Assembly: GCA_050746945.1 (NCBI GenBank)
Contig: JBOGMZ010000007.1
Location: 118,130 to 182,129 of the forward strand
Reading direction: 5' to 3'
Origin: Candidatus Acidiferrales bacterium
Lineage (GTDB): Bacteria; Acidobacteriota; Terriglobia; Acidiferrales; UBA7541
Length of the DNA: 64,000 bases
The stretch's first letter is position 1. Each line of letters begins with the position of its first letter. The notes under the pieces are model-generated. The model saw only the letters and a program-made list of their open reading frames with translations. It was not told the origin of the DNA and did not search any database. Positions 21,525 through 31,745 of the stretch are shown here, piece after piece. The translations under genes and the position numbers were made by a program.

Positions 21525-21851
21525 ATGACCACGCTTGCCGACAAAACGTGTGTCCCGTGCCGCGGAGGCGTTCCGCCGCTTGCAGGCGAAGAATTGAAGC
21601 GGCTCGCGCAGCAACTGCCACACTGGAAGGTAGTGGACGCGCACCACATCACGCGGACATTTAGTTTTCCGGATTTCCGTCAGGCGCTCGAATTTGTGAA
21701 TAAAGTGGGAGAGATCGCCGAAACGCAGGGACACCACCCTGACATTTTTCTGGCCTGGGGCAAAGCGGAAATCACCACCTGGACGCACAAAATCAACGGG
21801 CTCACCGAAAGCGACTTCATCCTCGCCGCAAAGATCGACCAGTTGGTCTAG
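21525..21851 (+). CDS. phhB: 4a-hydroxytetrahydrobiopterin (pterin-4a-carbinolamine) dehydratase
   Basis: 108 aa with the conserved GHHPDI motif followed by W; length typical of PCD/DCoH. Confidence 0.9.
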   Translation: MTTLADKTCVPCRGGVPPLAGEELKRLAQQLPHWKVVDAHHITRTFSFPDFRQALEFVNKVGEIAETQGHHPDIFLAWGKAEITTWTHKINGLTESDFILAAKIDQLV

Positions 21852-22012
21852 TCGAGTGGTGAATTGTTAGTTGTGCTGTCCGACCGCGCAACAGGCTTGT
21901 CCCAAAAGCGCACAGCTGACGGATGCTCCCCGCCGTGCTGCCACCCCTAAATAGATGTAATAACTGGTGCTTACGGCCACCTCCCAGTGGAAGTTAACCT
22001 GCGACGCACTAT

Positions 22013-22025
22013 ATCGTCTGACGAT
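22013..22025. promoter_or_regulatory. Perfect inverted repeat ATCGTC-T-GACGAT about 35 bp upstream of padR; candidate PadR operator
   Basis: Read directly. PadR regulators commonly autoregulate through short palindromes in their own promoter. Binding has not been tested. Confidence 0.35.
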
Positions 22026-22059
22026 GTAGTCACCTTTCGCAGTTCAAGGATACCAACCA

Positions 22060-22434
22060 ATGAGCCGTCCCCGCGTGGTTGCAGAAAAGGAAGAGCAGCT
22101 TCCACTCACCCCGGCGATGTTTCACGTCCTGCTGGCGCTCGCGGACGGCGAAAAGCACGGTTACGCGATCCTGAAGGAAGTGGAGCGTCGCACGGATGGC
22201 AAAGTGCGGCTGAGCGCGGGAACGCTCTACGGAATCATTAAGAGGCTGAACGGAGAGGGCTGGATTGTGGAATTGAACAAACGACCGGCTGCGAGACTGG
22301 ACGACGAGCGGCGGCGGTATTACCGGCTGACGGACGTGGGTCGGCAAGTGGCCGTGACCGAGGCGAAGCGCCTGGAAGAATTGCTGGAGATGGCGCGGAA
22401 CAAGAATCTGTTTAAGAAACCCGAATTGGCCTGA
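22060..22434 (+). CDS. PadR-family transcriptional regulator
   Basis: 124 aa with a winged-helix region LTPAMFHVLLALADGEKHGYAILKEVERRTDGKVRLSAGTLYGIIKRL typical of PadR. It is followed 15 nt later by the permease gene. Confidence 0.9.
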   Translation: MSRPRVVAEKEEQLPLTPAMFHVLLALADGEKHGYAILKEVERRTDGKVRLSAGTLYGIIKRLNGEGWIVELNKRPAARLDDERRRYYRLTDVGRQVAVTEAKRLEELLEMARNKNLFKKPELA

Positions 22435-22449
22435 CCAGGAGATGCGCAG

Positions 22450-25110
22450 ATGAATTCCGGCACACTGCCACGGTCGCGGAAAATATTTCGCGCGCTGCTT
22501 CGCCTCCTGCCTTTTGATTTCCGCGCAAATTACGGACATGAGATGGAAGGCGTGTTTCACGAGCAAGAGCGCGAAATCAAGGAGCGAGGTGGCGCGATGG
22601 ACATTCTGAGGCTGTGGGGCGAGACGATTGCGGGAATATTCCGGACCGCGCCGAGCGAGCACTGGGAAATCTTGAAGCAAGACCTGGCCTATGGCCTGCG
22701 CATGATGCGCAAGAACACAGGCTTCACCGCAATCGCCATCCTCACGCTGGGCCTCGGAATCGGCGCGAACACGGCCATCTTCAGCGTGGTCCATTCCGTG
22801 CTGTTGCGGCCGCTGCCGTACCCGCAGGGAGATCAACTGGTTTTCATTCGGCAGCAGGCGCAAAAAGAAGGCATCGACAACATAAATTTCTCGGTTCATG
22901 AAGTGGAGGACTACCGCGATCAGAATCAAACGCTTTCCGGGCTGGTGGAATATCACAACATGTCGTTCATCCTTTACGGACATGGCGATCCGGATCGCAT
23001 CCGTGCGGCGGTGGTGTCCGCGAATTATTTCGATTTGTTCAAAGTGCAGCCATTGCTTGGGCGGACATTCCTAGCGGATGACGACAAGCTTGGCGCGCCT
23101 GCAGTGCTCATCCTGAGTTACGAATATTGGAAAAATAAATTTGGCGCTGACCCCGGCATCGTGGGCAAGACCTTTGAGCTGAATGACCGGGTGCACACAG
23201 TTGTGGGTGTCCTGCCTCCCGTCCCGCAGTATCCGGCAGAGAGCGACGTTTTCATGCCGACCTCCGCGTGCCCGTTCCGCTCGGCGAAGCAATTTATCGA
23301 CAACCGTGATGCGCGCCTGATGAATGCGTTCGGGCGTTTGAAGCCGGGAGTCACTGTGGCGCAGGCGCGCGCAGACTTCGCAACCATCGCGGGCCGCCTG
23401 AAATCCGAGTATCCAAAGTCGTATCCCGACAGCATGGGTTACGCGGCAACCACGAATCCTCTCCAGGATGAGTTGACGCACGGAGCGCGGACAACATTGT
23501 TCGTTTTGCTGGGCGCAGCGGCATTTGTGTTGCTCATCGCCTGCGCCAATGTAGCGAATTTGACGCTGGCGCGCATGTCACGGCGCGAACGCGAACTCGC
23601 GCTGCGCACGGCACTGGGAGCGGGTCGCAGCCGGTTGATGCGCCAACTGCTCACGGAAAGTTTCCTGATCGCACTGGTGGGAGGCGGACTCGGACTCCTC
23701 CTCGCTTACAGCAGTCTTCATTTGCTGACGGAGTTTGCCGCGCGCCTTACCCCACGCGCGCATGAAATCAACATCGATTTCGGCGTTCTCGGATTCACCT
23801 TGCTTGCCGCGCTGGGAACCAGCCTGGTTTTCGGGACAATTTCGGCGGCATTTGCGCGCGCGGACCTGTCTGCCAGCTTGAAGGAAGGCAGTACCGGTTC
23901 CGGTGCCGGCGTGCACAAGAACAGGATGCGCAGCGCGCTGATCGTCTCGCAGGTTGCATTTTCCTACATGCTTCTGATTGGGGCGGGATTGATGTTGCGC
24001 AGCCTGATCAAAATGCTGCGCGTGGATCCGGGCTTTGTCACGCAACGTGTTTTGGCCATGCGGACCACATTCAGCTTCAGCAAGTACGCAAAACCCGAGC
24101 AACTGAACATCGCCATCAAGAAAGTCCTCGACCGCGTACAGGCTGAGCCGGGCGTGGTGACGGCTGCAATTTCTTCGAGCTATCCACTCGAGCCGGAAGC
24201 GATTGCGGCCGGGCCAAATCAATACTCCGGGACTTTCAGGATCGAAGGGCGTGATCTCGCGCTGGGAGAAGCGCCGCCCGTGAGCAGCTTCTCGATCATC
24301 TCGCCAGCCTACTTCCACACGCTCGGAATTCCGCTGAAAGCGGGGCGTGAATTTGCCGAAACCGATGGGGGGGCCGGGCAGCAAGTAGCGATGGTCAATG
24401 AATCCATGAAGCGCCGATTCTGGCCAAGCGACGACGCACTGGAGAAGCGCGTGTCGTTCGACGACGGCAAGACGTGGCAAATCATTGTGGGAATTGTCGG
24501 AGACGTGCGGGAATTTGGCCTGGACCGCCCGGCGCTCCCCGAGATTTATTTGCCGCACACGCAAGGCCCTGCGCCTGCCACGCTGTCGGTGCGCACCATT
24601 GCCGATCCCCGGGCCATGGGAGACGCAATCACTCGCGCCGTGCACGAAGTGGACCCCCAGATCGCCGTGACGCATGTGGTGACTCTCGAACAGGCACGCT
24701 CCGAATCCACCACGTCACCGCGCGTTACGGCCACCCTGTTGGGAATTTTCGGCGGGCTGGCGCTGTTGATTGCCGCGGCCGGCATCGGGGGAATTATGGC
24801 GCTGTCTGTGAGCCAACGCGTTCGCGAGATCGGCATTCGCATCGCGCTGGGCGCCCAGCCTGCAAAAATTCTCAGCATGGTCCTCGGCCAGGGCTTGCTG
24901 TTGGCCGCTCTCGGAGTTGGGATCGGGCTTGCAGGAGCGTTGGCGGTGACGGGGCTGGCGAAATCGCTTTTGTTTGAGGTGACCCCGACGGACCCGGCCA
25001 CATTCCTGGGTGTCGCGGTGGTGCTGGTCTCCGCCGCGATTGTGGCCAGCTACCTGCCGGCGCGGCGCGCCGCTGCAATTGATCCAATCGAAGCGCTCCG
25101 GACGGAGTAA
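22450..25110 (+). CDS. ADOP-family duplicated ABC-type permease (two MacB/FtsX-like halves)
   Basis: 886 aa with the characteristic N-terminus ([24 protein letters not shown]). There are two MacB-type periplasmic domains, each followed by FtsX-type TM bundles. No ATPase gene is adjacent. Confidence 0.9.
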   Translation: MNSGTLPRSRKIFRALLRLLPFDFRANYGHEMEGVFHEQEREIKERGGAMDILRLWGETIAGIFRTAPSEHWEILKQDLAYGLRMMRKNTGFTAIAILTLGLGIGANTAIFSVVHSVLLRPLPYPQGDQLVFIRQQAQKEGIDNINFSVHEVEDYRDQNQTLSGLVEYHNMSFILYGHGDPDRIRAAVVSANYFDLFKVQPLLGRTFLADDDKLGAPAVLILSYEYWKNKFGADPGIVGKTFELNDRVHTVVGVLPPVPQYPAESDVFMPTSACPFRSAKQFIDNRDARLMNAFGRLKPGVTVAQARADFATIAGRLKSEYPKSYPDSMGYAATTNPLQDELTHGARTTLFVLLGAAAFVLLIACANVANLTLARMSRRERELALRTALGAGRSRLMRQLLTESFLIALVGGGLGLLLAYSSLHLLTEFAARLTPRAHEINIDFGVLGFTLLAALGTSLVFGTISAAFARADLSASLKEGSTGSGAGVHKNRMRSALIVSQVAFSYMLLIGAGLMLRSLIKMLRVDPGFVTQRVLAMRTTFSFSKYAKPEQLNIAIKKVLDRVQAEPGVVTAAISSSYPLEPEAIAAGPNQYSGTFRIEGRDLALGEAPPVSSFSIISPAYFHTLGIPLKAGREFAETDGGAGQQVAMVNESMKRRFWPSDDALEKRVSFDDGKTWQIIVGIVGDVREFGLDRPALPEIYLPHTQGPAPATLSVRTIADPRAMGDAITRAVHEVDPQIAVTHVVTLEQARSESTTSPRVTATLLGIFGGLALLIAAAGIGGIMALSVSQRVREIGIRIALGAQPAKILSMVLGQGLLLAALGVGIGLAGALAVTGLAKSLLFEVTPTDPATFLGVAVVLVSAAIVASYLPARRAAAIDPIEALRTE

Positions 25111-25166
25111 GCAGCGAGCAATGCCAACGGTTGATTCGAGCATTTAAGGCAGGAAAGGATCCGGGC

Positions 25167-25916
25167 ATGAATCGTCGCGAATTTTTGATGGGTTCCGCTG
25201 CAGGCATCGGCATTACAGGCGCGGGCCTTTGGCTGGAGGGCCATATTTCAGAGCGCATGCGCGCGAGCGATTCCACTTCAACGGCCGTGAAACTGACACC
25301 ACCGGCAACTGGCCAAATTCCGGTGGCCTTCGCGATTTCGGAGGGAGTGCAGGTGATTGATTTCAGCGGCCCCTGGGAAGTTTTTCAGGATGTTGCGCTG
25401 AATCCCACCAAATCGGATCGCGGAGAATATGGTCGCAACCCGTTCGATCTCTACACCGTTGCCGCGACGAAAGACTCTGTCACCGGCAGCGGCGGGCTGA
25501 AGATTCTGCCGGACTACACGTTCGCGACTGCCCCTGCCCCCAAGATCGTTGTGGTGCCCGCCCAGCAAGGGTCGCCGGCGCTGCACGCATGGTTGAAGAG
25601 AGTTGCCGACAGTCCGGAAACGGATCTCGTCACTTCGGTCTGCACCGGCGCATTCCAACTCGCCGCGGCCGGGTTGCTTTCCGGCAGGCCCGCGACCACG
25701 CATCATCTATTCCAGAAGACCCTTAAGCAGAAATATCCGGACGTTGACGTGAAGAGCGGGCTACGATTCGTCGAGAGCGGCAAGATTGATACTGCGGGCG
25801 GGTTGACGTCCGGCGTCGACATGGCTCTTCGAGTGGTTGATCGCTATTACGGGCGCGCGGTGGCGCAGCAGACGGCGGAGTACATGGAGTATCAAAGTAA
25901 GGGCTGGATGGTTTAG
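25167..25916 (+). CDS. DJ-1/PfpI-family (class I glutamine amidotransferase-like) protein with a twin-arginine signal peptide
   Basis: Start taken at MNRREFLMGSAAGIGITGAG (Tat motif RREFL). Nucleophile-elbow cysteine at VTSVCTGAFQLAAAG. Confidence 0.85.
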   Translation: MNRREFLMGSAAGIGITGAGLWLEGHISERMRASDSTSTAVKLTPPATGQIPVAFAISEGVQVIDFSGPWEVFQDVALNPTKSDRGEYGRNPFDLYTVAATKDSVTGSGGLKILPDYTFATAPAPKIVVVPAQQGSPALHAWLKRVADSPETDLVTSVCTGAFQLAAAGLLSGRPATTHHLFQKTLKQKYPDVDVKSGLRFVESGKIDTAGGLTSGVDMALRVVDRYYGRAVAQQTAEYMEYQSKGWMV

Positions 25917-26147
25917 CCGAAGAATCCTGTCACCGCGCCAGGTCCGTACCACCGGATTTCAGGACGCAAGTTCGGTCCGCAGCTCCCCGCAGCGATTTTC
26001 TATATCCCGAAAATCTGCGCGCGAACTTGCTTTAGCAGTTTGTATCGACACCAATTCCCGATAAACTTGCAAGCATCCGAGTTGCGTTGGAACCATCCAA
26101 TTTGTGCCTGTCCAGCGCCGTCGTGACTTTGCGAGGATTTCGGTTTC

Positions 26148-27545
26148 ATGCTGAAGCGGCTCTTCTCCCATTATATTGCCGAAGAAGTGCGCCCCATGGT
26201 GCGCCTGGCGATTCCCCTGGTTCTCGCAGAGCTCGGCTGGATGACCATGGGAATTGTGGACACCATGATGGTAGGCCGGCAGGTCCATAGCGCCGAGGCC
26301 ATCGGTGCCGTCAGCCTGGGAAGTATCATCTATATGGCCGTCGCGATCTTCGGCACGGGCCTGATGCTGGGCTTGGACACGTTGGTTTCGCACTCCTACG
26401 GGGCAGGAGACGTGGAAGATTGCCACCGCTCGCTCGTGAATGGCGTTTACCTGAGTCTGGCGCTGGCGCCGGTGCTGATGGGGCTCATCCGCCTGGTCGA
26501 ACCAATCCTGCGTTCCGTGAACATCGAAGCGGCGGTCCTGGGCCAAGCGATTCCGTATTTGCGTGCACTCAATTGGGGGACGCTGCCACTCCTGCTCTAT
26601 TTTGTGTTTCGTCGCTACTTGCAGGGGATGAATCTCGCGAAGCCGGTGATGTTTGCACTTATCTCCGCGAATCTCGTCAACCTGGTGGGGAACTGGGCGT
26701 TGATCTACGGCCACCTAGGGTTGCCAGCCATCGGAACGGTTGGCTCCGGCTGGTCTACTTGCATCGCGCGACTCTACATGATGGCCGTGCTGCTGGTTTA
26801 TGCCGTTTATTACGACCATCTCTACAAAACTGGCCTGCGCCAGACTCGGCGCCTGCCGACTTTTTTCCGCATGTGGCGGCTGGTGCAGCTTGGTTTTCCC
26901 GCCGCAGTTCAATTTGGCATGGAGGTCGGCGTGTTCGCCGTGGCCACAACACTGATTGCCAAATTGGGCGCTGTCGCGCTCGCAAGCCATCAAATCGCTC
27001 TCAATACTGTGAGCCTCACTTACATGGTGCCACTCGGCATTGCCTCCGCAGCGGCCGTGCGCGTGGGGCAAGCGCTCGGGCGAGGAGACGCGCATGCGGC
27101 CAGCCGAGCCGGATGGACAGCCATGGCGCTTGGCACGGGCTTCATGACCTGCATGGGAGTTCTGTTTCTGGTCGTGCCGCAATATATTGTGCGGGTTTAC
27201 ACGCCCGACCCCGTGGTGATTCACGCGGCCGGATCGCTCCTGTTCGTCGCTGCCTTCTTTCAACTCTTCGACGGAATGCAAACCGTGGCGACTGGTGCGT
27301 TGCGCGGCGCGGGCGACACGCGCACGGCCATGATTTGCCATTTATTTTTCTACTGGGCGATCGGTCTGCCTCTCGGAGACTATCTCTGTTTCCGGCTCGG
27401 GTGGGGTGCACCGGGATTGTGGACTGGCCTCAGCGTTGCGCTGATCTTGATCGGGAGTGCGCTGCTTTGTTTCTGGCGCCGCAAAGAACGGTCCTTCTCC
27501 GCCATGGAATTTCCGGCCGCGAAGGCACGGCTTGCTGTGGAGTAG
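26148..27545 (+). CDS. MATE-family efflux transporter
   Basis: 465-aa, 12-TM protein with a MATE-like N-terminus (VRPMVRLAIPLVLAELGWMTMGIVDTMMVG) and an internal duplication. Confidence 0.9.
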   Translation: MLKRLFSHYIAEEVRPMVRLAIPLVLAELGWMTMGIVDTMMVGRQVHSAEAIGAVSLGSIIYMAVAIFGTGLMLGLDTLVSHSYGAGDVEDCHRSLVNGVYLSLALAPVLMGLIRLVEPILRSVNIEAAVLGQAIPYLRALNWGTLPLLLYFVFRRYLQGMNLAKPVMFALISANLVNLVGNWALIYGHLGLPAIGTVGSGWSTCIARLYMMAVLLVYAVYYDHLYKTGLRQTRRLPTFFRMWRLVQLGFPAAVQFGMEVGVFAVATTLIAKLGAVALASHQIALNTVSLTYMVPLGIASAAAVRVGQALGRGDAHAASRAGWTAMALGTGFMTCMGVLFLVVPQYIVRVYTPDPVVIHAAGSLLFVAAFFQLFDGMQTVATGALRGAGDTRTAMICHLFFYWAIGLPLGDYLCFRLGWGAPGLWTGLSVALILIGSALLCFWRRKERSFSAMEFPAAKARLAVE

Positions 27546-27687
27546 GCTGTGCGCTCGCGCGTTATCCCCATTGAACTCTCCGGGACATTCGCGGGCCGAT
27601 TCTTGCCGGCTGCGCTACAATCGGTCGCGATCGCTCTTGAGCCCTCGCGAACCGGTTTTGCGTGGCGCGCATGGCGATTCATTCGAT

Positions 27688-28155
27688 ATGCCTAACCCGT
27701 TCATGGCTCGCGCAATTCAACTCTCCCTCGAGAACATCGATTCCAGAGTTGGCGGCCCGTTCGCTGCTGTGATCGCGAAGGATGGAAAAATCATCGCCGA
27801 GGGAACGAACCGCGTCACTTCAACAAACGATCCGACGGCGCACGCCGAAGTTGTCGCGGTTCGTGAAGCCTGCAAAAAGCTGGGGCATTTCGAGTTGACC
27901 GGCTGCGAAATCTATACCACCTGCGAGCCGTGCCCCATGTGCCTCGGCGCCATCTATTGGGCACGCCCCGCGCGCGTCTACTTCGCCTGTACTGCCGCGG
28001 ACGCCACGAAGGCCGGCTTCGACGATTCGTTGATCTACCAGGAAATCGCGCGACCGCACGCGCAGCGCAGGATTCCGATGCTCCCCATGATGCGGGAAGA
28101 AGCGCTAGAAATTTTTCGCGTGTGGGAAAAGAAGCAGGACAAGATCAAATACTGA
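27688..28155 (+). CDS. guaD: CDA-fold nucleoside/nucleobase deaminase, probable guanine deaminase
   Basis: The true start is the internal ATG (MPNPFMARAIQLSLEN). Zinc motifs HAEV and CEPCPMC. It sits first in the purine-catabolic operon, 11 nt before the XDH large subunit. Confidence 0.82.
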   Translation: MPNPFMARAIQLSLENIDSRVGGPFAAVIAKDGKIIAEGTNRVTSTNDPTAHAEVVAVREACKKLGHFELTGCEIYTTCEPCPMCLGAIYWARPARVYFACTAADATKAGFDDSLIYQEIARPHAQRRIPMLPMMREEALEIFRVWEKKQDKIKY

Positions 28156-28166
28156 GGCTGCTGCCG

Positions 28167-30395
28167 GTGGACACGCGCATCATCGGAAAATCCGTGCCCC
28201 GAAAAGAAGGCCGAGAAAAAGTTACCGGCCGCGCCCGCTATGTGGACGATCTCGGTCTGCCCGGGATGCTCCATGGCGTGACGGTGCGCAGTCCGGCCAC
28301 GCGCGGGCGCATCGGCGGTATCCATTTCGAGGGCAACATTCCGTGGAGTGAATTCACGATTGTCACTGCGAAAGACATCCCCGGAAAAAATTGCATCGCG
28401 CTGCTGATTGAAGACCAGCCCTGCCTCGCCGCTGAATTAGTTAACCATCCAGAAGAGCCGGTTGTGCTGCTCGCGCATCGCGACAAATATTTACTCGAGG
28501 CAGCGCGCCGCGCCGTCCGCATCGAGATCGAGCCTCTTCCCGCCATTTTTACGATGGAGGACTCACTCGCGCGCAAACAGGCGATCTGGGGAGACGACAA
28601 TATCTTCAAGTCGTTTCGCGTGGAGAAGGGAAACGCGGACAACGCGTGGGCCCGCGCAGATTTTGTGGTCGAAGGAACGTACGAAACTGGCTCGCAGGAG
28701 CAGCTTTATATCGAGCCGCAGGGGATGATTGCGCGCGTAGGCCCGAATGAAGGCATCACGGTCTGGGGTTCACTGCAATGTCCGTACTATGTTCAGAAGG
28801 CGCTCGCGCAGGTATTTGGATTGCCCAAAGACCGCATCCGCGTTGTGCAGGCGGAAACGGGCGGCGGCTTTGGTGGGAAGGAGGAATATCCTTCGATGAT
28901 TGCGGCCCATGCCGCGCTGCTGGCATGGAAGTCGGGACAGCCGGTGAAAATAATCTACGACCGCGCCGAAGATATGACCGCAACCACAAAACGCCATCCA
29001 TCGCGAACGCGGCATCGCACCGCCCTCACGCGCGACGGCAAGTTGCTGGCCATGGAGATTGATTTCACGATTGATGGGGGCGCGTACGAAACGCTGTCGC
29101 CGGTGGTTTTGTCGCGCGGCACGATTCACGCAGCAGGGCCTTACAACTGCGCCAACGTGCGGATTCTCAGCCGTGCTGTGGCAACGAATGCTCCACCGCA
29201 CGGGGCCTTTCGGGGATTTGGCGCGCCGCAAAGCGTCTTCGCGCTCGAGCGCCATTTGGATCGCGTGGCGAAACTGATCGGCATCGCACCCGACGAACTG
29301 CGCCGCCGGAATTTTATTCAGGAAGGGCAAACACTCGCAGTCAGCCAGGTGGTCCGCGAAAAAGTGAACATGGGCCAGCTGATGGACCGCGCTTTTGAAT
29401 TGAGCGGCTATCACTCCAAGCGCAAGCAGTTTGATGCGGAGAACGGCAATGGCGCGATCCAGCGGGGAATCGGGTTCGCCACATTTTTGCATGGCGCAGG
29501 GTTCACGGGCTCGGGCGAGGAATATCTTGCGTCCGAGGTCGCCGCGGAGGCGACGAACGACGGCCGCGTGCGCGTGATGGCCGCAAGCACAGAGATGGGC
29601 CAGGGCACGAACACAATTTTCTCGCAGATTGCAGCGGAAGCGCTCCGCCTCGGCACCGACCAGATTGAAATCGTGCAGCCCGATACGGCCTGCGTTCCAA
29701 ATAGCGGGCCCACGGTTGCTTCGCGAACTTCGATGATCGTCGGAAAATTGGTTGAATCCGCCGTGCGCGAAATTCAGCGAAAGCTCTTTGACAGCGGCGC
29801 TCTCGAGCCCGGATATAGCGCGGAGAATTTTGCCGCGGCCTGCCGTGAATATATCGCGCGCAGCGGGCCGCTTCAGTCTCTCGCCAAGTACGAACACCCG
29901 CGCGACCTCCACTGGGATGACGAGCACTATCAGGGCGACGCCTATGGCGCATATGCGTGGGCGGTCTATGTGGCCGAAGTTTCTGTGGACATGCGCACCG
30001 CCGAAGTTCACGTGCAGGATTTTGTCGCCGTGCAGGAAGTGGGCAAGGTGATTAATCCGGTGCTCGCCGCCGGGCAGATTGAAGGGGGCGTGGCGCAGGG
30101 AATCGGCTTCGCGCTGTACGAGAATGTGGTGTGGCAGGAAGGGCGCATGGTCAACGGGCAAATGACGAACTACGTGATGCCCACCTCCATGGACATTCCG
30201 CCGATTCGCGTTTATTTCGAAGAAATTCCCTACGCGGGCGGGCCGGGTGGAGCAAAAGGAATTGGTGAGTTGCCGCTCGATGGCACAGCGCCCGCGATTG
30301 CGAACGCGATCGCGCACGCCACGGGCGCAGACATCACTCGGATTCCTGTGACACCCGAGGCACTGATGGAAATGCTGGAGACTGTGCATGCCTGA
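28167..30395 (+). CDS. Xanthine dehydrogenase family molybdopterin-binding (large) subunit
   Basis: Typical N-terminus IIGKSVPRKEGREKVTGRARYVDD and GGGFGGKE, with the molybdopterin-binding domains throughout. Start assigned to the first GTG after the guaD stop; the track ORF from 27930 overlaps guaD in another frame. Confidence 0.88.
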   Translation: MDTRIIGKSVPRKEGREKVTGRARYVDDLGLPGMLHGVTVRSPATRGRIGGIHFEGNIPWSEFTIVTAKDIPGKNCIALLIEDQPCLAAELVNHPEEPVVLLAHRDKYLLEAARRAVRIEIEPLPAIFTMEDSLARKQAIWGDDNIFKSFRVEKGNADNAWARADFVVEGTYETGSQEQLYIEPQGMIARVGPNEGITVWGSLQCPYYVQKALAQVFGLPKDRIRVVQAETGGGFGGKEEYPSMIAAHAALLAWKSGQPVKIIYDRAEDMTATTKRHPSRTRHRTALTRDGKLLAMEIDFTIDGGAYETLSPVVLSRGTIHAAGPYNCANVRILSRAVATNAPPHGAFRGFGAPQSVFALERHLDRVAKLIGIAPDELRRRNFIQEGQTLAVSQVVREKVNMGQLMDRAFELSGYHSKRKQFDAENGNGAIQRGIGFATFLHGAGFTGSGEEYLASEVAAEATNDGRVRVMAASTEMGQGTNTIFSQIAAEALRLGTDQIEIVQPDTACVPNSGPTVASRTSMIVGKLVESAVREIQRKLFDSGALEPGYSAENFAAACREYIARSGPLQSLAKYEHPRDLHWDDEHYQGDAYGAYAWAVYVAEVSVDMRTAEVHVQDFVAVQEVGKVINPVLAAGQIEGGVAQGIGFALYENVVWQEGRMVNGQMTNYVMPTSMDIPPIRVYFEEIPYAGGPGGAKGIGELPLDGTAPAIANAIAHATGADITRIPVTPEALMEMLETVHA

Positions 30396-30879
30396 CACCG
30401 CGCGGAAGATTCGCGTGAAATGCCACGTAAATGGGCTGCCGGCAACGCTCGATGCGTACCCGATGGCGCGCCTGCTCGACGTGCTGCGAGAGCAAGAAGG
30501 GCTGACCGGCACAAAAGAGGGGTGCGGCGAAGGGGAGTGCGGCGCTTGCTCAGTAGAAATCGATGGCGTGCTGGTGAACAGCTGCCTCGTTCCTGCGCTG
30601 CAAGCAGAGGGTGCAAAAATCCGCACCATCGAGGGAGTTGCGGACGGCGAGTGTTTGCATGCGGTGCAGCAAGCTTTCATCGCACATGGCGGCGCGCAGT
30701 GCGGCATCTGCACGCCCGGGATGATTCTAGCGGTTGTAAATTTGCTCGAGCGGCACGCGCATCCGGACGACGCTCAAATTCGCGAAGGCCTTGCCGGAAA
30801 TCTTTGCCGGTGCACCGGCTACACGAAGATTTTCGAATCGGTCGTTGCTGCCTGCCAGAAAAAGGAGCAGGGTGCGTGA
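30388..30879 (+). CDS. Xanthine dehydrogenase family [2Fe-2S] (small) subunit
   Basis: 163 aa with plant-type and second 2Fe-2S cysteine motifs (GCGEGECGACSV, CGICTPG, CRCTGY). It overlaps the large-subunit stop by 8 nt. Confidence 0.92.
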   Translation: MPDTARKIRVKCHVNGLPATLDAYPMARLLDVLREQEGLTGTKEGCGEGECGACSVEIDGVLVNSCLVPALQAEGAKIRTIEGVADGECLHAVQQAFIAHGGAQCGICTPGMILAVVNLLERHAHPDDAQIREGLAGNLCRCTGYTKIFESVVAACQKKEQGA

Positions 30880-31739
30880 GGTCATACCTTCCGTCGTATC
30901 ACATGGAGGCTCCGCGCGATTTGGCTTCTGCGCTCGACCAAATGGCCCGCGAGCCTGGGGCTTGGAAGCCATTCGCCGGCGGGACGGACTTGATGGTCTT
31001 GCTCGAAGCGGGCAAGTTGCCGCACCGCCGATTCCTGAGCATTTGGGAATTGCCGGAACTGCGCGGAATCGAAATGGCGGCAGACCACGTGCTGATCGGC
31101 GCGCTCACCACCTACACAGAAGTGCAGCGCCATGAAACGCTGGCGCGCGAATTTTCACTCCTCTCACGCGCCGCGGGCGAAACCGGCGGCGTCGCGACGC
31201 AGAACCGTGGGACGCTCGGTGGAAATATTGCCAACGCCTCGCCCGCAGCCGATTCGCCGCCGGCGCTGATCGTTTACGATGCGGAAATCGAACTCGTCTC
31301 CGCCCGCGGCACGCGCTGGCTGCCGTATCGTGATTTTCACACCGGCTATAAGCAAATGAAGATCCGCCCAGACGAATTAATCCGGCGAATCCGTCTCCCG
31401 CGCACGATGGCTGCCTGGAAACAGCACTATCGAAAAGTGGGAACTCGGCGGGGGCAGGCAATTTCGAAAGTGTGCTTCGCGGGGGCAGCGCGTGTTGAAA
31501 ATGGCCGAATTGCAGACGCGCGCATCGCTCTGGGAAGCGTCGCGCCAACTGTGGTCCGCGCCTTAGAAACGGAACAATTGCTGCGCGGTGAACTGTCGTC
31601 GCGCACAATCCTGCAGGCGGCACAGGCAGTCCTCGCACGAGAAATCGCACCGATTGATGACATGCGCTCGACGGCGCGGTATCGCCTGCGAGTCGCGCAG
31701 AATCTGCTCGCGGAGTTTTTAGATATTCTGGCGAATTGA
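30876..31739 (+). CDS. Xanthine dehydrogenase family FAD-binding (medium) subunit
   Basis: CoxM/XdhB-like FAD domain (FAGGTDLMVLLEAG, TLGGNIANASPAADS). Start set at the GTG forming a GTGA overlap with the Fe-S subunit stop. The track ORF from 30420 is an out-of-frame overlap of the Fe-S gene. Confidence 0.85.
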   Translation: MRSYLPSYHMEAPRDLASALDQMAREPGAWKPFAGGTDLMVLLEAGKLPHRRFLSIWELPELRGIEMAADHVLIGALTTYTEVQRHETLAREFSLLSRAAGETGGVATQNRGTLGGNIANASPAADSPPALIVYDAEIELVSARGTRWLPYRDFHTGYKQMKIRPDELIRRIRLPRTMAAWKQHYRKVGTRRGQAISKVCFAGAARVENGRIADARIALGSVAPTVVRALETEQLLRGELSSRTILQAAQAVLAREIAPIDDMRSTARYRLRVAQNLLAEFLDILAN

Positions 31740-31745
31740 CCAGCG

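Noticed and set aside
22030-22983. 317-aa minus-strand ORF antisense to padR and the ADOP permease
   Set aside because: It lies entirely antisense to two well-supported genes and has a His/Arg/Gln-rich composition. This is a typical stop-free antisense frame in GC-rich coding DNA.
23578-24675. 365-aa minus-strand ORF antisense to the ADOP permease
   Set aside because: Same reasoning: it is antisense to a strongly supported gene, has low-complexity Arg/Gly/His-rich translation and no recognisable domain.
25959-27574. Track ORFs 25959..26714 (-), 26420..27574 (+) and 26715..27341 (-) overlapping the MATE gene
   Set aside because: The MATE frame gives a coherent 12-TM transporter. The alternatives are Arg/His/Gly-rich shadow frames.
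27546-27687. Purine (guanine/xanthine) riboswitch upstream of the purine-catabolic operon
   Set aside because: The leader lacks the conserved purine-riboswitch junction sequence (UAUAAU...U.CUACC...GACUA pattern) and is too GC-rich and irregular for the three-way junction. A TACAAT hexamer at about 27615 has no properly spaced -35, so I did not call a promoter.
27930-28166. N-terminal extension of the XDH large-subunit track ORF (821 aa), and likewise 30420-30875 for the FAD subunit ORF (439 aa) and 27457-27687 for the deaminase ORF
   Set aside because: These extensions overlap the preceding well-supported genes out of frame and translate to Arg/Pro-rich sequence. Family-typical N-termini begin at the downstream starts used in the feature table.
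28770-30713. 647-aa minus-strand ORF antisense to the XDH large and Fe-S subunits
   Set aside because: It is antisense to genes with unmistakable motifs, has His/Arg/Ala-rich low-complexity translation and no domains. It is a GC-rich antisense artefact.
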